Shown: positions 10,110 through 21,337, counted from the first letter of the stretch. The stretch is 64,000 nucleotides of DNA from Polyangiales bacterium (GCA_964202905.1 CAXNJO010000012.1:1-64000), one strand, 5' to 3'. Notes: a model not told the origin generated them from the letters alone. Translations and numbers: made by a program.

Positions 10110-10583
10110 ATGACCGAGCCCACCAGCAGCGGGTCGACCCTCGCGGCGACCCTCCCGAACAAGTACCTGACCTTTTTCCTCGGCGAGGAGGAGTACGGCG
10201 TCGACATCCTCGCCGTGCAAGAGATCCGCGGGCTCTCGGCGACGACGCGGCTCCCGGGCGCCCCGGACGCCGTGCTCGGTGTCATCAACCTGCGCGGCGT
10301 CATCGTGCCCGTGCTCGACCTGCGCGTGCGCCTCGGCCTCACGCCGGCCGTCGCGACGCCGACGAGCGTGATCATCGTGCTCGGGATTGCCGGGCGCATG
10401 ATCGGGCTCCAGGTGGACGGCGTCAGCGACGTCCTCGACGTCGACGCCGGCTCGGTCCAAGCGGCCCCCGATCTCGGCAACGGCTCCGCCGATCTCCTCG
10501 GCATGGCGCGGCGGGGAGAGTCCCTCGTCGTGCTCCTCGATGCCGCCCGCGTCGTGAGCGTCGCGACCCCCAACGCATCCTGA
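10110..10583 (+). CDS. cheW: Chemotaxis coupling protein CheW
   Basis: [37 protein letters not shown]. Confidence 0.95.
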   Translation: MTEPTSSGSTLAATLPNKYLTFFLGEEEYGVDILAVQEIRGLSATTRLPGAPDAVLGVINLRGVIVPVLDLRVRLGLTPAVATPTSVIIVLGIAGRMIGLQVDGVSDVLDVDAGSVQAAPDLGNGSADLLGMARRGESLVVLLDAARVVSVATPNAS

Positions 10584-10609
10584 AACGCTCTCAAAAGGAA
10601 TCCGACACC

Positions 10610-12837
10610 ATGGAAGCAGACGACAAGCCGACGAAGCGCAGGGCCGCGGGGGACAAGGCGGCAGCCGACAGGGACGGATCGAAGGGTGAAGCCGGTGCCG
10701 CGCTCGCCACGGTCAAGGGCCGTGGTCTCGCCGCGAAGTCCCGCGCGAAGGGCGCCGCCGCCGAGGCGAAGCCCCTCGCCCTCGCGAAGCCCCGCGCGAC
10801 GCAAGCGAGCGCGATCACGGGCCTCGCTGCGGCCGCGCTCGGCGCGGCGCGCACGAACATCCTCGTCGCCAACCCCGAGCACGTGATCGTCTACGCGAAC
10901 GAGGCGTCGCTGCACCTCCTGCGCTCCCTCGAGGGAGACCTGCGCAAGACGCTCCCGAACTTCGCCGCCGACCGCGTCGTCGGGTCGTCGATGGACGTCT
11001 TCCACAAGAACCCCGACCACCAGCGGCGCCTCGTCTCGGACGAGAGCCGCCTGCCGCACCGCGCCGACGTGCGCCTCGGCGAGATCATCCTGAATCTCCA
11101 CGTCAGCCCGATCCACGGGGCGGACGGCAAACGCAGCGGGACGATCGTCGAGTGGCAGGACGTCTCGCAGATCCGCCGCGAGGAGACCGAGCGCGCCCGC
11201 CTCCTCGAGGAGCGCGCCCGCCTGTCAGCCGCCGTCGAATCGGCGCGGACGAACATCCTCTTCGCGGACACCAGCAACACGATCATCCTCGCGAACACGG
11301 CGTCGGTCCGGCTGCTGCGCGAGCTCGAGCCCGAGATCCGCAAGGCCATGCCGCACTTCAGCGCGGACCGCGTGCTCGGCTCGAACGTCGACATCTTCCA
11401 CAAGAACCCGGAGCACCAGCGCCGCATCATCGCGGACGAGCGCCGTCTCCCGCACCGCGCCGACATCCAGATGGGCACGGTGACGCTGAACCTCAACGTC
11501 ACGGCCGTGACGGACGGCAACGGCGTCCGCATCGGCACGATCGTCGAGTGGCAGGACGTCTCGCAGGAGCGGCGCGCCGAGAGCGCCATCCAGGGCCTCA
11601 TCCACGCCGCGTCCGAGGGCCGCATCGACGGCCGCATCGACGCCGCGACGTACACGGGGACCTACCTCGCGATCGCGCAGGGCGTGAACGCGATGCTCGA
11701 CGCCGTCGAGATGCCGCTCTCGGAGATGTCCACGGTGTTCGAGTCGTGGAGCAGGGGCGACCTCACCGCGCAGGTGCGCGGCGATTACCGCAACGACATG
11801 GGCGCGCTCAAGGACTCGGCGAACACGCTCGTCGAGACCCTGCGCAACATCGTCGGCGACATCCGCACGGCGGCGTCGTCGGTCGCGCACGCGTCGAACG
11901 AGATCTCGACGGGCACGGACGATCTCTCGCGGCGCACCGAGCAGCAGGCGGCCTCGCTCGAGGAGACCGCGAGCACCATGGAAGAGATGACGGCCACCGT
12001 GCGCCAGAGCGCGGACAACGCGCGGCAGGCGAGCCAGCTCGCGGTCGGTTCGCGCGAGACGGCCGACAAGGGCGGCGCGGTCGTGCGGCGCGCGGTCGGC
12101 GCGATGCAGGAGATCAGCAAGTCGTCTGCGCGGATCGGCGAGATCATCAACGTCATCGACGAGATCGCCTTCCAGACGAACCTCCTCGCGCTCAACGCGG
12201 CGGTCGAAGCGGCGCGTGCCGGCGAGCAGGGCCGCGGCTTCGCGGTCGTCGCCTCCGAGGTGCGCAACCTCGCGCAACGCTCGGCCTCCGCCGCCAAGGA
12301 GATCAAGGCGCTCATCCGCGATTCGAGCGAGAAGGTCGCGGACGGCGCGCGACTCGTCGAGCAGAGCGGCACGACGCTCGAGGATATCGTCAACTCGGTC
12401 AAGCGCGTCGCCGACATCGTGAGCGAGATCTCGGCCGCCTCGGCCGAGCAGAGCACCGGGCTCGAGCAGATGAACACGGCCGTCACGCAGATGGACCAGT
12501 TCACCCAGCAGAACTCGGCGCTCGTCGAGGAGACCGCCAGCGCGGCGGCGAGCCTGCGCGAGCAATCCACGGAGATGGAGCGGCTCGTCGGCTTCTTCCA
12601 GACCGGCGACGAGCAACAGACCCGCGCGCCGAAGCGTCTGGCTGCGCCCGCCGCCCGTCCGCAGCTTGCGGCGCGAGTCGCCCCGGCCCGCGCGCCGGTC
12701 GCTGCCCCGGCCACCCGCAGGGCCGCCCCCGTGTCTGCGCCCGTCCGCAAGGGTGCGCCGTCCGGAGCCGTCCGCGTGCAGCCCTCGAGCACGCGCCGGA
12801 CTCGGACGACGACGAGCCGGGCTTCGAAGAGTTCTGA
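10610..12837 (+). CDS. aer2: Cytoplasmic Aer2-like chemoreceptor (two PAS domains, HAMP region, signalling domain); frameshift near 3' end
   Basis: Two PAS repeats, each with FHKNPxHQ and [36 protein letters not shown]; alternative frame ends [16 protein letters not shown] at 12837 (CheR-tether pentapeptide). Confidence 0.85.
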
Positions 12838-12853
12838 GCAGGCGTCAGGGCCC

Positions 12854-13774
12854 ATGAACACGCCCGTGCAGCGGGGGTCGGGGACGGACGAGGTCGTCGC
12901 GGAGAGCGGAGGCTACGTCCTCTACCGCCACGAGTTCGAGGATCTGCGCGCGCTCATCCGGTCGCGCGCAGGGATCCACCTCCCCGACCACAAAGCCACG
13001 CTCGTGGCGTCGCGGCTCGCGCGGCGCCTGCGCGCGCTGGACCTGCGCTCGTACGGGCTCTACGCGGCGCTCCTCCAGGAGTACGGGCCCACCGCCGACG
13101 CCGAGCTCGAGCAGTTCATCAACGCGCTCACCACCAACAAGACCAGTTTCTACCGCGAGCGCCAGCACTTCGACGTGTTGCGCGACGAGGTGCTGATCCC
13201 GCTCTACAGCAAGCGCGGGGTCGGCGCGCGCGTGCGCATCTGGTGCTCGGCCGCCTCGACGGGCGAAGAGCCCTACACGCTCGCGCTCACCGCGCTCGAG
13301 GCAGCGGGCGCAGCGGCGCCGGGGCGCGGACCCTCGGACACCCTGATCCTCGCGACCGACCTCGACACCTCCGTGCTCGCGACGGCGAAGCGCGGCGTGT
13401 ACTCCGAGGAGGTCGTCGAGCAGGTGCCGCCCGCGCTCGCGACCCGCTACCTCACGCGTGGGACGGGCGAGCAGGAGGGCCGCGTGCGCCCGCGCCGCGA
13501 GGTGCGCGCGCTCATCTCCTTCCAGCAGCTCAACCTGATCGCCCCGAAATGGCCGATGCGCGGGCCCTTCGACGCGATCTTCTGCCGCAACGTCCTCATC
13601 TACTTCGACGCGCCGACGCAGGACGAGGTCGTGCGACGGCAGGCCGCGCTGCTCGCGCCGGAGGGCCGCCTCTTCCTCGGCCACTCGGAGTCGATGCTCG
13701 GCACGCGCGCCGGCCTGCGCGGCGCGGGGCATTGCGTGTTCCTGCACCGCGACCCGGCCCAGGCCGCCCGATGA
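12854..13774 (+). CDS. cheR: Chemotaxis methyltransferase CheR
   Basis: [45 protein letters not shown]; own ATG at 12854. Confidence 0.92.
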   Translation: MNTPVQRGSGTDEVVAESGGYVLYRHEFEDLRALIRSRAGIHLPDHKATLVASRLARRLRALDLRSYGLYAALLQEYGPTADAELEQFINALTTNKTSFYRERQHFDVLRDEVLIPLYSKRGVGARVRIWCSAASTGEEPYTLALTALEAAGAAAPGRGPSDTLILATDLDTSVLATAKRGVYSEEVVEQVPPALATRYLTRGTGEQEGRVRPRREVRALISFQQLNLIAPKWPMRGPFDAIFCRNVLIYFDAPTQDEVVRRQAALLAPEGRLFLGHSESMLGTRAGLRGAGHCVFLHRDPAQAAR

Positions 13775-14340
13775 GCGAGGTCGGCGACGAGCTCACCGTG
13801 ACGCTCTACATCGGTGGCTACTACGCCACGCACGAGCGCGCCGTGATCCGCACCGTCCTCGGCTCCTGCATCGCGGTCTGCCTCTTCGACCCCGTCGCGG
13901 CCACAGGCGGCATGAACCACTACATGCTCCCGACGCCCGGCTCCGACGCCGCGGACCCCTCGCGCTTCGGGATCTACGCGATGGAGTTGCTGATCGGCGA
14001 CCTGCAGAAGGCCGGCGGGCAGCGCAAGCGCCTCGTCGCGAAGGTCTTCGGCGGCGCGCACGTGCTCGAGAGCCGCGAATCGCGCGACTCCGTGCCCAAC
14101 CAGAACATCGCGTTCATCGACGAGTTCCTCGCCGAGGAGCGCATCCCGGTGCTCGCGCGCGACGTCGGGGGCCGCGCCCCGCGCAGCGTGCGCTTCCACG
14201 CGAACTCCGGTCGCGCGTTCGTGCGATTGCTCCCGCCCGTCGCCTTCCAGGGCGTGGTCGCCCTCGAAGAGGCCGCCGTGCGCGGCAGCGTGCGGCCACC
14301 GCGCCCGCGCGCGACCGACGCCGAACTCTTCGAGGACTGA
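13771..14340 (+). CDS. cheD: Chemoreceptor glutamine deamidase CheD
   Basis: [31 protein letters not shown] motifs. Confidence 0.93.
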   Translation: MSEVGDELTVTLYIGGYYATHERAVIRTVLGSCIAVCLFDPVAATGGMNHYMLPTPGSDAADPSRFGIYAMELLIGDLQKAGGQRKRLVAKVFGGAHVLESRESRDSVPNQNIAFIDEFLAEERIPVLARDVGGRAPRSVRFHANSGRAFVRLLPPVAFQGVVALEEAAVRGSVRPPRPRATDAELFED

Positions 14341-14343
14341 GCC

Positions 14344-15417
14344 GTGCCCTCCCGCAAGATCCGCGTCCTCGTCGTCGACGACTCCGCGCTCGTCCGCAAG
14401 ATCCTCTCGGAGGTCCTCGCGCGCGACCCGCAGATCGAGGTCGTCGGCACCGCGAGCGACCCCTACATCGCGAAGGACAAGATCCTCGCGCTGCAACCCG
14501 ACGTCCTCACGCTCGACGTCGAGATGCCGCGCATGGACGGCCTGCGCTTCCTCGAACTGGTCATGACGCGGCGCCCGATGCCCGTCGTGATGGTCTCGAC
14601 GATGACGGCCGAGGGCGCCGAGACGACGCTGCGCGCGCTCGAGCTCGGGGCCGTCGACTTCGTGACCAAGGCCTCGCTCGACGTCGCGCGGCGCCTGCCC
14701 GATCAGGTCTCGGAGATCGCGGAGAAGGTGAAGCTCGCCGCCAAGGCGCAGGTGGCCGCGATCACCCCGCGGCCCGCCCCGCCGCGCGCCCCCGAGGGCG
14801 GACGCCGACGCGCGGTCGCCTCGCGGCTCACGCGCACGACCCAGGCGATCATCGCGATCGGCGCCTCGACGGGCGGCACCGAGGCCCTCCGCGACGTGCT
14901 CTCACGCTTCCCCGCGGACGCGCCCGCGACCCTCGTCGTGCAGCACATGCCCGCCGCGTTCACCGCGGCCTTCGCGAGGCGACTCAACGAGACCTGCGCC
15001 GTCGGCGTGAAGGAGGCCGCCGATGGCGACCGCGTGCTCGACGGGCACGTGCTCCTCGCGCCCGGCGGCCGCCACATGCGCGTCGAGCGGCTCGGGACCT
15101 ACTACGTCGTGCGCATCGACGAGGAGCCGCCCGTCAACTTCCACCGCCCGAGCGTCGACGTCCTCTTCGACAGCGTCGCCGCGCACGTCGGCCGCGACGC
15201 GGTCGGCGTGGTGCTCACGGGCATGGGCGACGACGGCGCGCGCGGCCTGCTCACGATGCGCAACGCCGGCGCGCGGACGCTGGTGCAGGACCAGGCCACC
15301 TCGCTCATCTGGGGCATGCCCCGCGTCGCGTCCGAGCTCGGTGCGGCCGAGTTCGAAGTGCCGCTCGACGGCGTCGCCGACAAGGCCCTCGCCCTCGCGC
15401 ACGACCGCGGCGCCTGA
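14344..15417 (+). CDS. cheB: Chemotaxis response-regulator methylesterase CheB
   Basis: N-terminal receiver; [28 protein letters not shown]. Confidence 0.96.
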   Translation: MPSRKIRVLVVDDSALVRKILSEVLARDPQIEVVGTASDPYIAKDKILALQPDVLTLDVEMPRMDGLRFLELVMTRRPMPVVMVSTMTAEGAETTLRALELGAVDFVTKASLDVARRLPDQVSEIAEKVKLAAKAQVAAITPRPAPPRAPEGGRRRAVASRLTRTTQAIIAIGASTGGTEALRDVLSRFPADAPATLVVQHMPAAFTAAFARRLNETCAVGVKEAADGDRVLDGHVLLAPGGRHMRVERLGTYYVVRIDEEPPVNFHRPSVDVLFDSVAAHVGRDAVGVVLTGMGDDGARGLLTMRNAGARTLVQDQATSLIWGMPRVASELGAAEFEVPLDGVADKALALAHDRGA

Positions 15418-15497
15418 GCACGTCCTGCGACGCACGACCACGACCTTCGGTCACGACGTCCGACCACAGCGCGCGCAGGTGCCGCGCCGCACGTGCC

Positions 15498-16487
15498 ATG
15501 TCACACCCTGGCGCCATGCCGTCCGACCCCATCCCTGCGCGTGACGCCGCCCCAGCGGGTGCCGCGCCTTCCGGCGACCTCGAGGCCGCCATCGCGCGGC
15601 TCCGCGCGGGTGGGCTCGTCGCCTTCCCGACCGAGACGGTGTACGGCCTCGGCGCGGACGCGCGCCGCGAGGACGCCGTGCGGCGCGTGTTCGCGGTGAA
15701 GGGGCGTCCCGCGGATCACCCGCTGATCCTGCACTTCGCCAACGCCGCGGGCGCACTCGCCGCCGCGCGCGAGGTCCCGGAGGCCGCGCGCGTGCTGGCC
15801 GACGCGCTGTGGCCGGGCCCGCTCACGCTCGTGCTGCGGCGCGCGGCCTGGGTGCCCGACGTCGTGACGGGCGGGCAGGACACCGTGGGCGTGCGCGTGC
15901 CGGCCCACCCCATCGCGCAGGCGCTCCTCGCGGGGCTCGGCGCGCCGATCGCAGCGCCGAGCGCCAACCGCTTCGGCGCGGTGAGCCCGACGACGGCCGC
16001 GCACGTGCGCGCGGACCTCGGCGACGACGTCGACCTCGTGCTCGACGGGGGCCCCGCGACGGTCGGCCTCGAGTCGACGATCGTCGATCTGACGTGCGAC
16101 CCGCCTACCATCTTGCGTGAGGGTGGTGTCTCGCGCGAAGAGCTCGGCGCCCTGCTCGCGCTCGCCCCGCCCGGCACGGCCCACGGCGGCGTGCGCGCAC
16201 CGGGCACCCTCGCCGCGCACTACGCGCCGCGCGCCCGCGTGCGGCTCGTCGCCCCGGACGCGCTCGCCGCCGAGCACGCGCGCCTCTCCGCGCTCGGCGC
16301 CCGCGTCACGGTGCTCGAGGCGCCGCGCGACGCAGCGGAGACGGCTGCCCTCGCGCGCGACCTCTACGCACGCCTGCGCGGCGCCGACGACGCCGAGATG
16401 GACGTGGTGCTCGCGGTGCTGCCCGCGCCGCACGGGCTCGGCGCTGCCATCGCCGACCGCCTGCGCCGCGCGGCGGCGGCGGGCTGA
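15498..16487 (+). CDS. tsaC: L-threonylcarbamoyladenylate synthase (Sua5/TsaC, long form)
   Basis: VAFPTETVYGLGA, KGRPADHPLILH, PSAN, GLESTIVD, APG..HYAP; start may be 15516. Confidence 0.93.
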   Translation: MSHPGAMPSDPIPARDAAPAGAAPSGDLEAAIARLRAGGLVAFPTETVYGLGADARREDAVRRVFAVKGRPADHPLILHFANAAGALAAAREVPEAARVLADALWPGPLTLVLRRAAWVPDVVTGGQDTVGVRVPAHPIAQALLAGLGAPIAAPSANRFGAVSPTTAAHVRADLGDDVDLVLDGGPATVGLESTIVDLTCDPPTILREGGVSREELGALLALAPPGTAHGGVRAPGTLAAHYAPRARVRLVAPDALAAEHARLSALGARVTVLEAPRDAAETAALARDLYARLRGADDAEMDVVLAVLPAPHGLGAAIADRLRRAAAAG

Positions 16488-16630
16488 CGGCCCCCCCCGC
16501 GATGCCGGGGATGGGCGTCCACGCGTTCGGCGCGACGCGGCGTCGTGCACCCCCGATGTGCGCCGCGGTACCACGCGGGCCGCGCTGAATGGTCATTCAG
16601 CGGCGCCGCGGGGGAGCCGACGTCAGGCGA

Positions 16631-16966
16631 TCACGCTGCGCCGAAGCGCGGGGAGACGCCCGCGGCCTCGTGCACGATCCGCGCGACCGTGGCGAACAGC
16701 TCGTCGCCGGTGCCCTTGTCGTCGAGCCAGCGCCCCGTCGCCTCGTCCCACGAGAAGTGCCAGGCCCGCTGCCCGCCCGCGAGCCAGATCTGCCGCACGG
16801 GGCGCTGCGTGTTGACGATGCACTTGCGCCCCGTCGCGAAGGCGATCGTCACCACGTCGCCCGCGACGTCGAGGTCAGCGTCGTCGATGTCGATCGACTC
16901 GAAGCCGTCGACGAGCTGGCGGAAGACATCGTGCGCGAGGCGGAGATAACGCGGTTCGTCGAGCAT
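16631..16966 (-). CDS. cyaY: Iron donor protein CyaY (frataxin family)
   Basis: MLDEPRYLRLA...GDVVTIAF...IVNTQRPVRQIWLA...WHF. Confidence 0.88.
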   Translation of the reverse strand: MLDEPRYLRLAHDVFRQLVDGFESIDIDDADLDVAGDVVTIAFATGRKCIVNTQRPVRQIWLAGGQRAWHFSWDEATGRWLDDKGTGDELFATVARIVHEAAGVSPRFGAA

Positions 16967-17025
16967 GGCGCGTAGGCTTCTAGAACCGCTGGCACGCGCG
17001 CACAAGCCCCGGTACCGTCGGCACG

Positions 17026-17793
17026 ATGCGCGTCACGGTCCTCGCGAGCGGGAGCCGCGGCAACGCGACGCTCGTCGAGACGGAGACGACGCGGGTGGTG
17101 ATCGACGCCGGCCTCGGCGTGCGCGCCCTGCTGAAGCGCCTCGCGCTCGTCCCGCAGGCGCCCGGCGCGCGCACGGGCCTCGACGCCATCGTGCTCACGC
17201 ACGCGCACGGCGATCACATCGCGCACGCGGGCGCGTACGCGGAGCGCTTCGGCGCACCCGTCTACCTGACGGAGGCGACGGCCCGGGCCGTGCGGCTGCC
17301 CGCGGGGGTGCGCGCGCGCGTGTTCGGCGCCCGCGCCGCGTTCGACGTCGGCGACCTCGAGGTGCGGCCGCTCCCCGTGCCGCACGACGCGCCGCAGGTC
17401 GCGCTCGTGCTCGCCTCGGGCGGGCAGGCGCTCGGCCTCGCGACCGACCTCGGCGCCGTGCCGGACGCGCTGCCCGATCACTTCCGCGCGTGCGGCACCG
17501 TGCTGCTCGAGTCCAACCACGACGCGGGCCTGCTCGCGCGCGGCCCCTATCCCGACGCGCTCAAGCGGCGCATCACGGGCGGCCTCGGGCACCTCGAGAA
17601 CCGGCAGTGCGCGGCGCTGCTGCGCGCGCTCTCGCCGGCCACGCGGCACGTCGTGCTGATGCACCTCTCCGAGACCAACAACACGCCGGCGCACGCGCTC
17701 GAGGTCGCCGCGGACGCGCTCGCCGGCCGCGCGGTGACGCTGCACGCGGCGATGCAGGACGCGCTGCTCGCCGTGCCGCTCGCGCCCGCGTGA
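17026..17793 (+). CDS. MBL-fold metallo-hydrolase (YycJ/WalJ-like nuclease)
   Basis: LASGSRGN, IDAG, THAHGDH, ESNHD, GHLEN, HLSETNN. Confidence 0.85.
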   Translation: MRVTVLASGSRGNATLVETETTRVVIDAGLGVRALLKRLALVPQAPGARTGLDAIVLTHAHGDHIAHAGAYAERFGAPVYLTEATARAVRLPAGVRARVFGARAAFDVGDLEVRPLPVPHDAPQVALVLASGGQALGLATDLGAVPDALPDHFRACGTVLLESNHDAGLLARGPYPDALKRRITGGLGHLENRQCAALLRALSPATRHVVLMHLSETNNTPAHALEVAADALAGRAVTLHAAMQDALLAVPLAPA

Positions 17794-17845
17794 CCCGCGC
17801 GGCACGGGGCGGCTCGCGTGGGCAGCGCCGCGTCGGCGCGCCGCT

Positions 17846-18514
17846 TTGTTGACCTCTCCGGCCGCGCTGCCGCACAAAGCGAGGACCAGCACGGAGGAGC
17901 CCTTGTCGATCCCCAGCGGCATGCGCGTCACGGACGCGGTCACGTATTTTCGTCAGCGCGGCGAGCTCCGCGGCTCGGTCCAGATCGTGCGCACGCGGGC
18001 GCCCGATCGGCTCCGCTGGCGCTCGGCCGTGTCGTTCGTGACCGCTGCGGCCGCACCGCTGCTCGGCCGCGATCGGCTGCGCGTCGAAGAGCCCGTGCGC
18101 GAGCTGGTGCTCGACCTCCCCGACGCCCCGCTGCGCCGCGAGGTCGTGCTCGACGCGCGCAAGGTCGGGCTCGATCTCGACCGCGGCGAGGTGCTGCCGC
18201 AGCACACGCTCGGCGACCTCGGCCGGCTCACCTTCGTGACGGGCACCGACGTCGCGCAGATGCGCCGCTACGTGCGCCTGCCCGACGACTTCTTCGCGCC
18301 CATCGACACCGCGGGCGCCGCGGTCGTCGCGCGCGCGCTCGGCGACTTCCACCGGGTGCGCGCCCACCACCTGTTGCTGCAGCTCCCCGACCTCGACGCG
18401 AAGGAGCCGCGCCAGCGGCACCAGGTCTTCATGGCCGAGCGCGCCGAGTCCGAGTCCGCCGCGAGCGAGCGCTGGGCCGCCCTCGCGAAGGCGCTCGTCG
18501 CTGGCAGCGTGTGA
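17846..18514 (+). CDS. Hypothetical protein
   Basis: GC3-rich ORF following the MBL gene; no recognised motif; start could be ATG 17921. Confidence 0.65.
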   Translation: MLTSPAALPHKARTSTEEPLSIPSGMRVTDAVTYFRQRGELRGSVQIVRTRAPDRLRWRSAVSFVTAAAAPLLGRDRLRVEEPVRELVLDLPDAPLRREVVLDARKVGLDLDRGEVLPQHTLGDLGRLTFVTGTDVAQMRRYVRLPDDFFAPIDTAGAAVVARALGDFHRVRAHHLLLQLPDLDAKEPRQRHQVFMAERAESESAASERWAALAKALVAGSV

Positions 18515-18523
18515 GCGGCGCGG

Positions 18524-19489
18524 TCAGTCGAGCGTGATCGCGCCGAGCGTGCCCGTCGGCGGCTCGCCGGCCGACGAGACGGCGGCGTAGGTTCCAACGG
18601 CGCCGCCCACGACGACGACCGCGAGCAGGGTCCAGAACCACCAGCGCGAGGTGATGGCGCCGTCGTCGTCCGCGGGCGCGACGGGTGCCTCGGCGCCCGT
18701 GCTCCAGCCGCCTGCGGCGACCGACGACTGCGTGTCGAGCCGCGCGACCTCGGCGGGCGCGGGCGCGGGGCGATCGGCGGGCACCCGCACGACGCGCGGA
18801 TCGGCCTCCGAGCCGAGGCGCGCGAGCGGGGTGAGCGAGGGCGCGACGGCCTCGATGAAGTAGTCGATCGTGCCGGGCTGGTTCGCGTCACCCGCGAGCG
18901 GGATGCGCGCGCGCGCGACGCCCTGATCGAGCGCCATGACCACGCGCGTGAAGCGCGTCTCGCCCGCGTGACGGTAAGCGAGGCGGACCTCTTCGACGGC
19001 CTCGACGCCCACCGCGACGCGCACCGCGACGACGGGCGCCTCGCGGGGTCGGAGATCGAGCGGCGCCTGCTCGAGCCGCACGGCGATCGGCGCGGGGTGC
19101 GCGTCACGGGCCCGCGCGAACGCCGACTGCACGCGCGGGCTCGCGTCCGCGTCGGAGAGCCGATGCTGCGGGTCGCGGCGATAGAGCTCCTCGAGCGTGC
19201 CGCGCGCGTCGCTCTCGGCGCTCGTCGCGATCTGCACGGTCGCGAGCGCCTCGAGCGCCGCGTTGCGCTGCCGCGCGCCGAGATCGCCGCGCTGCAGGCA
19301 GCGACGGGCCGTGTCGAGCGCCTCGTCGTACCGCGCGAACGTCACGCTCTCGCGGAGCTGCGCGAGGACGGCGTCCGGATCGCCCGTGTCGGGCGAGACC
19401 TGCGCGCGCGCGGACGGCACGGCGGCGAGCACGATGAGCAGCGCGGCGAGCGGAGCGGCGAGGAGCGGGCGCATCGAACCCTCCGGCAT
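18524..19489 (-). CDS. Exported helical (TPR-like) protein with C-terminal membrane anchor
   Basis: Signal peptide ending ARA-Q, helical N-domain, beta domain, 'ITSRWWFWTLLAVVVVGG' tail typical of myxobacterial envelope proteins. Confidence 0.65.
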   Translation of the reverse strand: MPEGSMRPLLAAPLAALLIVLAAVPSARAQVSPDTGDPDAVLAQLRESVTFARYDEALDTARRCLQRGDLGARQRNAALEALATVQIATSAESDARGTLEELYRRDPQHRLSDADASPRVQSAFARARDAHPAPIAVRLEQAPLDLRPREAPVVAVRVAVGVEAVEEVRLAYRHAGETRFTRVVMALDQGVARARIPLAGDANQPGTIDYFIEAVAPSLTPLARLGSEADPRVVRVPADRPAPAPAEVARLDTQSSVAAGGWSTGAEAPVAPADDDGAITSRWWFWTLLAVVVVGGAVGTYAAVSSAGEPPTGTLGAITLD

Positions 19490-21249
19490 CAGGCGACGGC
19501 GTCCACGATGCCACGGAACGCCGCGACGAGTCCGTCGAGCAGCACGCGGCCGCGGGCGCGCGCGTCGACGACCGATTCACCGTCGTGCAGGGGCACGCGC
19601 AAGTCGAAGTAATACTTGATCTTCGGCTCCGTTCCGCTCGGCCGCAGCATCACGCGGTGCCCGCCGAGGAGCTCGAGCGCGAGCACGTCGCCGGGCGGCA
19701 GCGCGAGCGTCTCGCGCGTCCCGTCGGCGGCGGTGCGCGTCGCGCTCGCGAGGTCGACGACGTGCGAGACCGCGATCCCCGCGAGGCTGCGCGGCGGCGC
19801 GGCACGCACGGCGGCCATGATGCGCCGGATGTGCGCGGCGCCATCTGCGCCGGGCTTCGTCACCGAGACCTGCTCGCTCAGGGCGAGCGCGTAGCGGCGC
19901 GCCATGACCTCGAGCTCGTCGAGGAGCGTCTTGCCCTGCGCGCGGTAGAAGGCGGCCATGTCCGCGGCGATCGCGGCGCCCGAGACGCCGTCCTTGTCGC
20001 GCACGAGCGTCCCGACCGTGTAGCCGAGCGCCTCCTCGTAGCCCATCACGAAGCGGTATGCGCCCGACGCCTCGAGCGCGATCGCGCGGTTCGCGATCCA
20101 CTTGAAGCCGGTGAGCACCTGCTCCCAGTGCGCGCCGTGCGCCGCGGCGATCGCGCCGAGGAGCGGCGAGCTGACGATCGAGCACGAGACGAGCCGCTGC
20201 GGCGTGCGGGGCCCCGGGTCTTCGCTGAGCAGGTAGTGCGCGAGCAGCTGCCCGACCTCGTTGCCCGTCAGCTGCTGGTAGCCGCCCTCGCGCGTGCGCA
20301 CCGCGAGCGCGAGGCGGTCGGCGTCGGGGTCGTTCGCGATGACGAGATCCGCCTGTTTTTCCTGGGCGAGCGCGAGCACGAGGTCCATCGCGCCCTTCTC
20401 TTCCGGGTTCGGGAAGGCGACGGTGGGGAACGCGCCGTCCGGCTCGGCCTGCGCCGCGACGCTGTGCAGGTGCGTGAAGCCCGCCTCGCCGAGCGCGCGC
20501 CGCACGACGCGCTCGCCGACGCCGTGGAGCGCGGTGTACGCGATGACGAGATCGCGCGGCGTCTCGGGGTGCAGCGCGAGGGCGCGCACGCCGTCGAGGT
20601 AGCGGCGCTCGACGTCGGCCCCGAGCACCTCGAGGCGACCCGCGGCGATCGCCTCCTGCCGCGCGAGGCGCGGGATCGTGTCCATCGCGCCCACCGCCGC
20701 GATCGCCGCCGCGATGCCCTCATCGGTCGGCGGCACGATCTGCGCGCCGTTGCCCTGATAGACCTTGTAGCCGTTGTAGTCGGGCGGGTTGTGGCTCGCC
20801 GTCACCATCACGCCCGCGGCCGCGCCGCGATCGAGCACCGCGAAGGCGACGAGCGGCGTCGGCACGACGTGCGGGTACACGAGCGCACGCAGGCCGAAAC
20901 CCGCGACGATCTCCGCGACGTCCTGCGCGAACTCGGCGCTCATGCGGCGGCCGTCCCAGCCGATCGCGACGCCGCGCGCGCGCGCGTCCGGCACCGTCGC
21001 GAGCAGGTGCGCGCAGAGCCCCGCGGTGGCCCGCGCGACGACGACGCGGTTCATGCGGTTCGGGCCCGGCCCGAGCAGCCCGCGCAGACCGGCGGTGCCG
21101 AACTCGAGCGAGCCGCCGAACGCGTCGGCGAGCGCCGCGTGCGCGCCCGTCTCGAGCTGCCGCGCGAGCGCCGCGCGGGTGGTGGGGTCCGGGTCCTCGG
21201 CGAGCCAGGCGGCGCAGCGGGCGCGCAGATCAGGGGAGATTTCGCTCAT
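19489..21249 (-). CDS. Phosphoglucomutase/phosphomannomutase
   Basis: FGTAGLRG, TASHNP, DPDADR, YEEALG, RPSGTEPKIK. Confidence 0.94.
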   Translation of the reverse strand: MSEISPDLRARCAAWLAEDPDPTTRAALARQLETGAHAALADAFGGSLEFGTAGLRGLLGPGPNRMNRVVVARATAGLCAHLLATVPDARARGVAIGWDGRRMSAEFAQDVAEIVAGFGLRALVYPHVVPTPLVAFAVLDRGAAAGVMVTASHNPPDYNGYKVYQGNGAQIVPPTDEGIAAAIAAVGAMDTIPRLARQEAIAAGRLEVLGADVERRYLDGVRALALHPETPRDLVIAYTALHGVGERVVRRALGEAGFTHLHSVAAQAEPDGAFPTVAFPNPEEKGAMDLVLALAQEKQADLVIANDPDADRLALAVRTREGGYQQLTGNEVGQLLAHYLLSEDPGPRTPQRLVSCSIVSSPLLGAIAAAHGAHWEQVLTGFKWIANRAIALEASGAYRFVMGYEEALGYTVGTLVRDKDGVSGAAIAADMAAFYRAQGKTLLDELEVMARRYALALSEQVSVTKPGADGAAHIRRIMAAVRAAPPRSLAGIAVSHVVDLASATRTAADGTRETLALPPGDVLALELLGGHRVMLRPSGTEPKIKYYFDLRVPLHDGESVVDARARGRVLLDGLVAAFRGIVDAVA

Positions 21250-21337
21250 CGGTCTCCGTATATCGCGACTCGCATGCGCGGCCAACGGTCGCGCGCGGTG
21301 CTTGCGCGATCGGCACGCGCGGCGCAGAGGAGCGGCG

